From positions 18,178,410 through 18,242,409 of the forward strand of contig CM119269.1 in NCBI GenBank assembly GCA_051294375.1: 64,000 nt of DNA. Direction: 5' to 3'. Under the pieces are notes generated by a model. It was not told where the DNA came from. It ran no database searches and saw only the letters and a program-made list of their open reading frames with translations. The position numbers and the translations under genes are program-made. The stretch comes from Paraspadella gotoi. Lineage: Eukaryota > Animalia > Chaetognatha. This document shows, piece after piece, positions 24,370-37,483 of this stretch (position 1 is the stretch's first letter; the number at the start of each line of letters is the position of its first letter).

Positions 24370-26933
24370 GGAAGATGCTTGGACAACCCCGCTTATTTTA
24401 AAGATCCGGTTTAAACTTTTCAGTGATGAGAGGCCGACATTCCGATTTATGATTGTCGTGATCGTAGTTCCACGGGTAAAAGACAAGTAGGAAAAGAGCA
24501 AGAAAAAAAGGGGGTAAAAGAGAGAGAAAAATAGAAAGATAAGTAGAGAATAGAGAGGGAAAGAAAAAAATACGAGAGGAAGGAAGGAAAAGAGAATATC
24601 CAGATGAAAATAAGAAATGCCGAGAGTGGAAATCTCAAAGATTGCGTGGATCCGATGATCGGAGTTAGGGTTTCTTCTTTTTCGTTTTTTTATTTTTATT
24701 TTTTTTTGCTCTTCTGCGAAAAAAAAAAGAATTAGAGAGGTGACGGAAGTTTTTTTCTTTTAAACGGTGGCCTACATGTAACAAGCCGGTTGAGCTGAAA
24801 GAGGGAGAATATAAAATGTAGAGTGAAATCTCCCGAAGCGAAAATCAATTCTTTCTAGTTCATGATGGCCACGACAAAAAATATTGAACTGTTCAAGCTG
24901 AAGGATAATTTCAATGATGTCAGCGACGAAAATGAAGCAGACTAAATTAAGAACAGTCTAAATTAAGAAAGATTCGAGGTCAGAACCAAAATTGATTTTT
25001 AATTTTACTTTTTTAACAATGTATTATTGTGAATCGAGCGCAAAGTGAGCTCACGGAAACATTACATATAAATGTATTTTTAAACTATTACTAATACATA
25101 TAATTACATATACGTAAGTGTCATGAAAGAGGAGGATTTCTTTTTTCGTTATCACTTAAAATAACGTTTGACTTAAAAAAAAAGACTACAAATTTTATAA
25201 ATATAACCATATTTATATTCCTTTAATAAATTTTACTCAGACAATGTAAATAAATAAATAAATAAATAAATAATAAATAATTTGACAAAAATACCATCAG
25301 TAGAGCATAAGTAGAAAATAAATTCTTTTTTGAATACATCCTTTAAAAAAACTTTTTATTCGCCAAGAATTGAGACGCCGAATCCGGAAAATTCTGATGG
25401 AATCGCGAGAATGACGGCGCCGATTTCGCGCGCGAGAGAGAGGAGGAGACGGCGTCGCTCGGGAAAGAAGAACAGAAGCGGTGATCAGAAAAACGCACGA
25501 CGCGGAATAAAATCACGGGGCGCATGTGTGAAAAAGACGTGGAATAAAAATCACGCGACGGCGAAATAACGACGCAACAGAAAAGAAAAAAAAATGTAGA
25601 GTCACTGAAGTTACACATTGTTACACAAGTTACACAATGTATATTGAAAATCTATTGACTTTGTGGCTATAAAAGCAGATTTAGTGGTCCAACGGACACA
25701 CGCTCAAACATTTCAATCTTTTTCTCGTTATTAAGATTTCTTTGTCATTGTACATTATTAAATGTAATTCCTATAATTTATGTCTCCCTTTGCTATTCAC
25801 GTCGCCATACGCAAGAAGAAACAAAACAAAACCGTCCTACCCCTAGAATCACAGAAAATTCAACACCGTCATACCGCACATCGATAACCAGCCAAGTCAA
25901 AACAACAACAGCATTGATAATCCCTTTCCTTCCTCTCCAAATTTATCTCCCTTTCGCCATTCGTATTCGGGAATAACAAGACGTCAGATAGTTTCTCTTT
26001 TTTTTATTTATGAAATGCAGGACAGAATCCAGCTGTTCTCGTTGTTTTTTTTTTACATTTCGGTTTTAGGTTTAATGAAAAAATGTTTTCATTAGTTATT
26101 TTGAACTTATGTTATTTACCAAAAAAAAACTATCTAGATTCTACTGATGACTGATACTGAAAGTTAATGTTTAAATTAGGTTTTTTCTTTCTCTATGGAA
26201 TCGCTAGCTCCTTTTACTTATTCTGTAAGAGATAATACGAAAGCTGAACGTGTAAAAAAAGCATTTTTAAATTCTATTTCATGAAAACAAAATTAAAACT
26301 TCACTGTTGCCTGAAAAGAAAAAATAATAAAACTGTGTACGCTTTACACTTACAGTGAAGTACAGGGAATTTCTGGAACCAAAGTCATTTTTGCTGCCCA
26401 TCACTCTTCATTTTTAAATTAATATAATTTTACGTATTGCGTAGAAAGCTATTAAAAATAAAACTATGTTAAAATGAGAGAAAATACGCAGAATATTTGG
26501 CCCAATAATTTTTTTTAACATTACCATGATTAACCATTTAGCGTCTACTGTCTAACAAAGATTAATAATTTGTTAACTTCCGCATTCTGCACTTCTCTCC
26601 TAAAATCACTGTACTGTTGATAAAATTACAAATCACTTGTCTTAATCGTGAGAAAACTTTTTGAGGGGGCTCACTTTATGATTTAAAATTTCAGATTAGA
26701 TGATGAGATTCTTTTTTTTTTTTTGCCAACTTACAATAATAGTTTTTAATATTATTGAAATTGTAAAGCAAACGCGGACACAGCCTTCAACTTTTATGAC
26801 AACGCCGGGGTTCTATATCTTTAAGAGACAGTCAAATTCTAATTTCACAGGGATGAAAGAATGTCTTACAAGAAAGGGCCTCACAAGTGAGAAACTCACA
26901 AACTATGGTTGACAAGGTAAAGATATCACAATA

Positions 26934-29900
26934 TCACATGGAAGGATCTCCGAAGCCAGTCGCCTCTTGAAGGCCGCGAATCTCGGCCATCAATTCGTCG
27001 TCATCCAAATTGAGCTTGACGCAGTATTTGTAGGCTTGTTCCGCCTCCAGCACTCGGCCTGAGAAAGAAACAAATAATTTTAAGTTATAAAGAAATTGTA
27101 CCGCCAAGAGGAAAACTAAAAGAGAATGCATGGCAACATAAAGATCTAAAATGAATAAATAACAAACCACGATATGAACGTGACAAATGAACGAAAGGAA
27201 GTAAAAAGTAAATTGATGAATGAGTGTATTTTTTTTCATATTCGTTGTGCCAATACGATTTCGCTAAACGACATCGGGGTTCCAGCCTACACATAGTCCT
27301 AAGGACCTATGGGAATATGAAAATACCAAACGACAAGTCCTTGAGTTTTTACGCTCGTCAATATGGATATGGCCATTGGCCAGTAATCGACATCCCCAAT
27401 AAACAAATTGCTCAATTGAGCAATGCTCATTCTCACCGGTCTGCAAACAAACGAGGGCCAAGTATCCCCAGACGGCCGCGTCCAGGTTGTTGAGGATGTT
27501 GGCCTCGATGAGGGCGTCCTCTGCTTCGCTCAACTCTCCCAGACGATAACAGGCGATGCCGACGCCCATCCAGGTGACGGAGGAAGGTTGACGGCGACTG
27601 GCGATCAGGTAGGTCTCTTTGGCCTCTTGGAACTGAAAACATATTAAAGGCAGTGATTTCTATCGAGAAATTCAGCAAAAAAACCACTTTTTGCTATATT
27701 GCTAGAATATTATCAACAGAATGGATTAAATTTGAACCCTAAGACAAAGTGGGCTGGACTACAGATTAATTAAAATCATCTGCTGCTTTTTCTAATCAAG
27801 AATCGATATAATTTTTGCAACTTTTAATAAAAAAAATTATGTCCATTTTTGTCCATTTTGACTTTTGTCTTGAGATTTGAATGTCAAGATCATTGAAGAA
27901 AATTTTTTTACTCAGGATTTTGGGTACTTCTTATCTTCTTTACCACTGAGTGGGTTCATTTTCCGTTGGTCATCCATTGTTTGCCTATGAATTAATTTTT
28001 AAATTGACTAGTAAAAAAATTTACATTTATACATTTTATTACAATTTGTTAAACGAAAATGCTTCGAAATGTCCACAAATCTAATCAAATATTCCCTTTC
28101 AACGGTGCTTCTGGTACCTAAAAAATTAGGGCAAAAAATTTAATAGTTTTGCAGAAATTAAATTTTTAAGTCAACTTTTAATTTGTGAGGATTTGTGAGG
28201 TGCGTTTTATTTGAACTAAAACTCGGTTTTTGACTTATTTTATAGTTTTAATAGATGGGAAATATACTAAGGTTAAAAAATTAAAAAAAAACCGCATTCT
28301 TTTAAAGTAATGGAAAGCGTCAGTAATTTTTTTTCCTCTCAATCGACAGGTTTTTGCGGGAAAAATTTCCGCAAAAATCTGTCGATTTTTTAAATCTGCT
28401 AGGCAACCAAACTTTGAATAAAATCATACGCTACCCAAGATTTTTTTTCTTACAATACATTTTAAAGATTTTTATACATCCATTATGATATAAATGAAAA
28501 AAATGAGTGAGAATGAGAAAAAGATAAGAGAAGAGAGAGCATGTGTGAAAAAAAGTTGCAGGGAGAGAAAGAAAGAGTGGAAAGAAATTAATATAAGGGG
28601 AGAAGGGGGAAAACGAAAACAATTAAGAGAAAAGAAAAGATAAGAAAGAGGGAAGAAAGAGATTCAGAGAGGGAGAGATAAGCAGAGATAGAGAAGAAGA
28701 GAAAAAAAAGTAAAGTAAGAATGGATGACACAGAAAAATATGAAGACAGAAAAGTCGGAGAAAGGGAGAGAAAGACAGAGAGAAAGAGAGAAAAAGAGAG
28801 GGACAGAGAGAAGGTTCAAGAGAGAAAAAAATAGTGGAAAAAATGGAAAAAAGTTTTAAAATATAGCGTGCCGTTTTTTTGCCTAACCTGTAGTATATCT
28901 AAAAAACGTGATAGATCTGACGAGCAATTTAATCTTTAAAAGTTGCCCTTACCATGAAAAATCGTTTTAGTTTCAGTGTAATTAGGGGAGATTCCATAAT
29001 TAGAATGATTAAGGTAAAAGAAATTATGTCTTACCGTATTTTGAAAGCATAGAAATTCACCCAGTGAGTTCGATGTTAAAAGGAGAATATAACTATAGCT
29101 AACCGTTTTTTTAAATTAAGCGTGTTTTATATTAATCAGTGGAAAAAAAAGAAATAATAGTTATATAAGTTTCAATTTTATTGTTGAAAATACCCGAATA
29201 GAAATCACTGCCTAAAATAAAATTCAAAAAATAATAAAAACACTTATAAAATTAAAATTGGCAATTTAGAAATCCAGAGCAAAAAGAAGTAGTTCATTCA
29301 AGCGAATTGACTCGAGGGATGAACAGAAAGTTGCCTCGATTTATCTATTGATTCTCTTCGTTGTTGATAATCGCGTTTATTTCCCTTTTGTTTTCTTTTC
29401 AAATTCTTGCTTTTTTTTTCTCTTACAGAAGATAATTAAAGATAACTTCGGGAAAAAAATACATTGAAAATCTAGATGAGAAAATTGCGCCGCAGTTACT
29501 TTCTTATCCCGTATTTTTCCGAATTTCTTCGACACGCGCTGCATTGGAATATCATTTTTAATTCTTATAAAATATAAACTATAATTTATAGTATAAGATT
29601 TCTTTAAAAACAAACGGTAGCGCTAGTAGTCGCTTAGATCTGAGGGTTTTTCCTGTCTTAGCAAATGAGCATCTAACTCACGTTAGTGAGACAGACCGAC
29701 AGCCAGACTTACCGACCAACCGACCGAAAAGTGACTTATAGTTTGGTTGAACCAATTTCAAAGCTTTGCACCGCGATTACTCGCGGCGCAACTCATAACA
29801 CGAATACTGGAAGAGAAAGAGATTTAAATTTATAATCCGTTTTTCGCTTTTGATTTGAACGAGAAAAGAATTGCGCTTCTCTCATCGGAAAAGGATTATG

Positions 29901-31563
29901 CCAAAATTTACGGACCTGACTCAAGGCATTGCTAAAAAAAAAAACCAGCATACGCGGCAGTTTCGCCCACCGCGGAAGCGATTCACAACATCGCCACAAT
30001 TGTTTAACCCAATAAAACAATCAAAATAACTAATACGACGAATCGAACGGCTCCAACTCCCCCCCACCCCATCCGCCGCGCCCTACTTGCTCTTCCTGCA
30101 GGTAGAGGGCGGCCAATCGCAAGTGAACCGCGTGAATCTCCGTCGGTTCCGTCACGAACTGCAGCGTCCGCTCGTAGCAGTCGCGTGCGCCGCCGTATTC
30201 TCCGCGCAGGAAGTACGTGTGTCCGAGAAGCGCCCACGTGTCCGGTTCCTGAAAAGGGAGAGGGCACGACGGAGGATGTTGCGGGTGGTGGAGGTGGTGG
30301 AGGAGGTGGCGGTGGCGGTGGGGGGGGGAGGGCAAGTGGGTTTTGCGAGATAAGAAGGGGAATGAAAGGAGTTTTACGAATAATACATATACTTTAATTA
30401 TATATGGAAGATGTTAAAATGCATGAATGAATAATTGATTGAATGAGTGAATGAATGGATTAATGCTAAGTCAAATAGGAACATGGAAAAGAAGGAAAGA
30501 AATAAAAAAATAACTGTCGTCCAACCTGATAGCTGAATCTCAACGCCTCTTGCAAAGAGGCCTCGGCCTCCTTGTACTGCTCCTTCTGCATCTGCAATCT
30601 GGCCAGCCCGATGTAGTAAGGGATGGACGGACCTCCTAATGGATGAGTCAACTCTTGGGCCAAGGCCAGCTCCGCAAACTGCAGGTTTGGGGGTGGGGGG
30701 GGGGAACGAAAAAACAACTTTTGGCAGAATCGGATATAAGAATCAATTCTCGAGTTTTCGATGAAGCTGGATTAAGGTGGATAAATTGACGTTTGTGGCG
30801 GTATACACCGGTGGTATACGCCGCTTCACGTCCAGCTTCACGTCCAGCATCAATCAGCCAATAACATTGGCTCAAAGGGGGAAAGCACCATCCCAAGCGC
30901 TGCGTTCTATTCCACAGTCCTAACGACTTCCTTCTGTGTTGGCAAAGCGAAACCTTCCTAGGGTAACCGATTGAGAATCCCAAAAAGTTCTCGATTTTAT
31001 TTTCCACTCACGCTGAGAGCTCTCTTATCGAGAAGCCATCTGGCGGTGACAAGAAACGGAGAATGTTTGGGCGTGGCCGCCGCGAGCGGATCCTCGTCAC
31101 TTTCTTTGGGGCCTTTGAGATCCTCTTCCAGGTGAGGAATCTGATTGGGGGGAATGAGGGTAAAGGAGGACGTGAGGGGATTGAAGGATCTGGGATGTTG
31201 GCAATGAAGAGAAATGCAGAGGATAAAGAAGAAAATTGGCGATAGAAAAGAATAAGGGGGAAATCGAGAAATTCGGCGTCAGTAAAAACTTTAATTAAAA
31301 AAAGCAATTAACGAGGTATAAAAATGGAATTAAGCAAAGAAATAATGGATTACAAAAATTTAAAAAAATTAAGCGGATATGGTCCATGTCACTAAAAACC
31401 GCCATAAATTAAAAAAAATAGAAAAAAAGAAAAGCAACTTGCCGAGGGTTTGCGTGCCGACCTCGAGGAATCCACAAAAGGACGATTGTCCGTTACTGTG
31501 GAAAAATAAAGGGTGTGGGAAAAAGGTGAGTCAGATTGATTTACAAAGGCAAGTAATCAATGT

Positions 31564-31620
<57 letters not shown>

Positions 31621-33362
31621 AGAAGAGAGATTTTGTTATATAAAAACTGGAAGCGAGGGCGTTACTTCTCATCGCAGCCTTTTTGGTTTCACTTCATGAA
31701 AATCGAATTTCCTAAATCTTGTCTAAAAATCTCCCAACTTAAAAACCTACCGCTTATCTTTTTCACGGCGCCGCCGCCGACGGCGCCGCCAGTTTTCGGC
31801 GCCTTTGACCTCTGCCGTCTCGCGGCTTTGGCGTTGCCTGCGGGACCGCAAGCGAGCGGCGCTGCAGGGGCCCTGGGTCCGCTCTCTCAGAGTTTCCCTT
31901 GGATTCTGCATTTTTGGAATCTTTCTTTTGATCAATTTCGTTCATTTTCGTTTCCGGAAATTGATATCAGCGTGAAATAAAAAATATGAACGACGAAGAG
32001 ATAAAAAAAAATATTATTCAACAGATTTTTTACCCCGAGCGCCAATTTGATTCACCAGGCCCGTCATTTATCGATTTAAAACACAATAAAATTATATATT
32101 TTCAAGAGTTCCATTTTAACAGCAACAAGTGGTTTAAATAAACGGTCGAGAAAAATTATATCTGGGTGGAGCAACATATAATCGTGAAAAAAAATCAAAT
32201 TTAAAAGAAGCATTAATATCGAAACCGAAATTAAAGAAAATAATAAAGAAGACAACGACGTCAATAAAAGAAAATTTTACGAATCGAAAATCCGAAAAAT
32301 AAAAAAAAAAGACAAACAAATCAGACAAAACACAAAACAAAAAACAAAAAAAACGCTCAAAATGATAAAACTACTACTTGTGTCGAGCGGCGAGAGAGAA
32401 ACGGTCGAGAACGCCGGATGGCCCGGCGCGATCGGTCTGCGCGGCGACGGCGCCTTTTTCGGCGTCCCGACGCCGGGTGAGGTGGCGCCGCCGCCGGGCC
32501 GATACGAGGGACGCCGTCCCGCGAGAGAGTCGACGGCGTCAAGCGCGGCACCGACTGAGCGGCGCCGAATTTTAAATCCGGAAGCGAAATGCGGTGCGGA
32601 TGAAATATTTTAAATGCAAACTAAGTACGGTGCCGATCAGTCTATTTCAAATATTGGTGGGCAAGTCGTTGGTGAAAAAAAAAAGAATTGTTACTCAATT
32701 CATTTGTAAAAAATATTTTTTAAAGAATAACAAGAAAAATAATGAAAAAAAAAATAAAAGAAAAAATTCTTTTAAGAAAATTGCAGAAATGAATTTTCTT
32801 AAAATCGATTTCGTGGGCTGTCAACGGCAGATAGGAAGATTTCTTAAAAATAAACAAATTAAAAAAACAAAATTAGAAACGCACCCCAAAAAAAATCACT
32901 TTTTTCACGACACTTCGTTTGTTCGCCATGCTCGGCCCAGTGCCCATAATGAAGCTCGAATATTGCAAATGCATGCGAAAGTCTAACAGATTTGGACAAC
33001 GGGCATGAACTTTTTTTATCGAAATCCACGTCGTAATAGGCCTATCGATTATCTTTTAGTCTTACCTTCCTCAGCCGCGGCGGCAGCGGCTGCAGCAGCC
33101 GCGGCGGCAGCTTCGGCCGCTGCCTTTAACTCCTCCTCCAACTCCTTCCGGGCGACGGCGAGGTTGATGGCGTTCGCCGCTTCGAACGCCATGTCGGAGA
33201 GGATCTCGTTGCCGATGGAGGTGTTGTAGAGTCCTGTAGGAGACAGTGGAAGAGCGTAGTAGGATTAGTAAGGGGGAATGGGGATTTACTCATTGATCTA
33301 ACAATAACCATGCTGTTTATCTAATATTAAGTGTTAAGAGTGGATGGTTTGCGCTCTCTCTC

Positions 33363-33441
<79 letters not shown>

Positions 33442-35187
33442 AAACGGTGAGACGACGATGTCCTCCGGCGCGACGCTCGTCGACGCCTCCAAGAAATCCG
33501 CGGCTTCGGTGTACTTCTCGGCGGCGGAGGCGGCGAGGCCGTAGAGGAGGAGGCCGGCAACGAACTCGGGATCGAAGGCGATCGACTCGCGGAAACACTC
33601 CTCCGCCTTTTTATGGGTGGCACGTTGTGGGGAATGGTTAAGAGGAGTTTGGTCAGGCAAAAAAAAAAAAAAATAGGGATTTTGGAGAAGAAAAAAAATA
33701 GATAAATAGGGCGATGGAGAACAGCAAGAGAAAAGTTTTAAACATTTGTTTAAATCCACCTCGATGAATAAACAAAAATACACATATGTCTGTGTCTTAA
33801 AATAGGTCATTTTTAAACTACTTAAAATAGTTACATAACTACATAAACTTCAGCAAATAATTGTTCCTATCGTAACTAAAATAGAGATGGGAAACGGGAG
33901 GAAAAGTTAGAGAAATTAAAATAAGTAGGACAAATCTTTGCGTTGTTTCCTCATCTTTTGTAGTCGATCTATTCAAAACCAGAATCCATCCTTTCCCCTT
34001 CCCGACCCCATTCCGATCCTTACCCCTCTTCCACGCCCCCTCACCTTCCCGACGTCGTTGACCAGGAGACAGAAAGTGCCGTAGTCGATCCAGTGATCGG
34101 GGTTGTTCCGGTTGAGCGAGATCCGCTCGGCGTAGTAGCGCGACGCCAGGGCGTAGTCGAGGTTTATCTCCGCCTCGCGAGCCAAGTACGCCAGTTGGAC
34201 CGAGTCGGAGACGGGCGTCGGCAAGGGAGCTTGATCTTCCACTTCCATCACCTAGCAACCGAGAAAAATCAAACAAACAATCAATCAATCAATCAATCAA
34301 TAAGTTAACGATTTTATCAAAAATTGAATGGTCCAATCTATTAACAACAAAGATTTAATCAATTCACCGATAAATCTGGTAATAATCAATCAATCAACAA
34401 ATAAATAAATAAATCAATCTGTGAAGAATGATTTATTCTCAATCAATCAATCATTAAACCTTGGAGAGTCCCCTGTGCATCTGATCTATGAGAAAGACGT
34501 AAATGTCCGCCAAGAATTTGTGCAGCTGCTCCGGAGTCTCAAAGGTTTTGACCCGCAGGTATTTCTCGCGGACGATCTTTATGACGGAGTGCTTGAGCTG
34601 TTCCTGGAGTTCGGGGTTTCAAACTCTTTCGAAACATTTTATCCCCAAGATTGGAAAAAAATCTATCAATCGCGAATTATTTTCTCATGTATCAATATCA
34701 AAACATATACGTGTTATTACTTCCGCTTCCTTACTGCTTTGCTCTTCCCGCACGCTCGCATCAATTCAAAATAAACTTCTTTGCCATCGTAATTTCTTGC
34801 AAGGAGAGACACCATCGTCGAGAGCCGACCTTACCTTGAGCGAGTAATGCTTTCCCGAGATGGTAAGTTCGTACATGAGCTTCTTCTGCTTCTCCTCCCA
34901 CGCGTCATGTGCCGCCTCCGGATCGAGATCTTCGCCGTCTTCACCGCCATCGCCGCCGCCAGCGCCGCCGCCGCCGCCGACGTCGTCGCCGAAAAGATCG
35001 CGAAACTCGTCGAGGAGCTGATTGGCCACGCTGGCTACTTGTTGCTGATAGTCCTCCACCGCCTGAGGTCGTGGCGAGATTAGGTGAAAGGGTATAAAAA
35101 GGGTGCAGAGGGGAAATGGGGAAGAATCAAATGGGAAAGATGTGAGAGTGGCGCTACAGCCATCGAGCTCTCTCTCTCTCTTTTCTC

Positions 35188-35255
<68 letters not shown>

Positions 35256-35437
35256 TCTCTCTCTCTTCTACGATCACACCTCTCCTGTTTAAAAAGCCGA
35301 CACCGTTAATTAAATAATAAATTGACGTGACATAAATTTTTCCCATTTCAATGAAATTACGTTCCAGCCCTTACGCTCTCTCTCTCATCTCTCTCTCTCT
35401 CTCTCATCTCTCATTCTTCTCTTCTCTCTCTCTCTCT

Positions 35438-35485
<48 letters not shown>

Positions 35486-36341
35486 CTTCTCTTCTCTCCC
35501 TCTCTCCCTTCTCTCTCTCTCTCTCTCACCTGAGTAGCTCCCGCCATCCGTTTCGGGAAGAGAGGGCCGCAACGGGATGTACTCGGCCACTTTGGCGCGA
35601 GCTCTTCCTTCCGTCCGTTTGGGGACGATCGGCGTCGAAGTCGTCAATCGAGGAAAAACGTAGGTTCGAGACTTCGAGATACTGTCAGCCCCTCGGGGTT
35701 GATCTCCGGGCTCCACGCCGTTCACCTTTGAATACATGAAAATATATAAATATGAAAGGGGGGCATAGAAAAGAGGGTAGTGTCAGTGTCAAATGTTTAC
35801 GAGATTGGTTTAAGCTATTAAAAAAAAACAAAAAACAACTAAGCTGTTTATTTATAACAATAATTTTAATGTTATTAGTTAATTAATTATAAAAATTTTT
35901 CAAGTTAATTTATCTTTTAAAGGGGTAGAACGGGATTAATCATACTTCGTTTTAAATATTAATAATCATATACGTCTAGCCATTTTTTGGCTTTTTTGGC
36001 TTTTTTAGCCCCACTCAATGGGGTGAGTCAAAAAATTTAAAGTGAGTACATGCTCAAACGAAAATTTTACATTTATAAGATATCTTTAAATGAACAAAAA
36101 TTGCTTATATGCCTCTATTTATAGATAGGAAACGCCAAAAATTTAGTTAAGCGGAATTAAGACAATCTAAAGGGCGAAGAGAAAAAATAACCTAAAGCGA
36201 CTTACAGACGCGGCGCCCGAGGCAATTCCGCGGCAGAGGGCGCCCCGGATGAACGATCGGCGCTCCTGGCCCGCAAGAGTACATCCGGGGCCAAGAATCT
36301 GCCGCCGCGTCGACTTAGGAAGAAGGGGAAACAAAAAAACC

Positions 36342-36377
<36 letters not shown>

Positions 36378-37421
36378 AAGAGTGAGTCCATGAATTCGAA
36401 GAGAGAGAGGACAAGAAAAACGCCCGTAATGGGCAGAGCAAAAAAAAAGAGAGAGAAAAAGAGAAAGATGAGGGAGAGGACAGAGAGAGACAGAGAATAG
36501 AATATTGCAGTTGATGTTAAAATCAGGGACGAAGAGATAATATCGGGGCAAAAAAATAAAAAAGTCAGAATTTAACTGTCAAAGACAAAAAACACGGACG
36601 GAAAAAAAGAGAAACAAAAGAACGAGGTCGTTGATCCAGGAGAGCACAAAAGAAAAGTTGATAAAGGAATAAATTTTTTTTTCAAGTCTTTTCTTATTTT
36701 TTTGTTTTGTTTTTCGTTTTTAAATCTAATACTATTTTTAATTCGGTTTACCTCATCGGGATCGTCTTCCGGTCGTCGCTGCAAAAAAAAATGTATACAT
36801 ATAAATTTAAATTTTCGGTTTAGATAAATTTAAACTCTTTTCTTCATTTAATACTATGTCTATTCAAGTACATGTTAATTAAATCACTAATGTTTCGCTT
36901 TTCTTTATCCGTTATCGCTTAGTTAGTAGTTTCAGGATGTTTCAAAATTTTGTAATTATCTAAAAGAATTTATATATCTAAATCTTGTTGTCTCCAGTTC
37001 AAATATCTAAGTTAAATTTACCATCAGCTTTGCTAAAAGATTCTTAATTCAAAGAAAGAAGAGGAAGTAATATAAAAAGGGTTTAAAATAACAATATGTT
37101 TACCTAAGTAAATACGTAATTTTTTAAAATTGTCTTTATCAATTTTATAAAATCTTGAATAATTTTTTGCATGCACACATTTATCGGTGCAGTTAATAAA
37201 ATAAATGAATAAATGGATGATTAAAATTCCGTACAACAACCAAAAGAAATGCTCTATCATACCTTACCTAAAACCGGCTGATATTGAAAGAATTTAAAAA
37301 AGCACTAAAAAGTATTTAAAAAGTTAATTTAAGGATTATAAAACAGTCAGACATTAAGTGATTAATAAAACAAAAAACCAAACTAGTGATTTTAAATTAC
37401 TAATGGAGACTGGATTCAAAT

Positions 37422-37483
<62 letters not shown>

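Noticed and set aside
28395-28407. X-box-like tctgctaggcaac deep in a CFAP70 intron
   Set aside because: It lies inside a transposon-derived segment far from any evident promoter.
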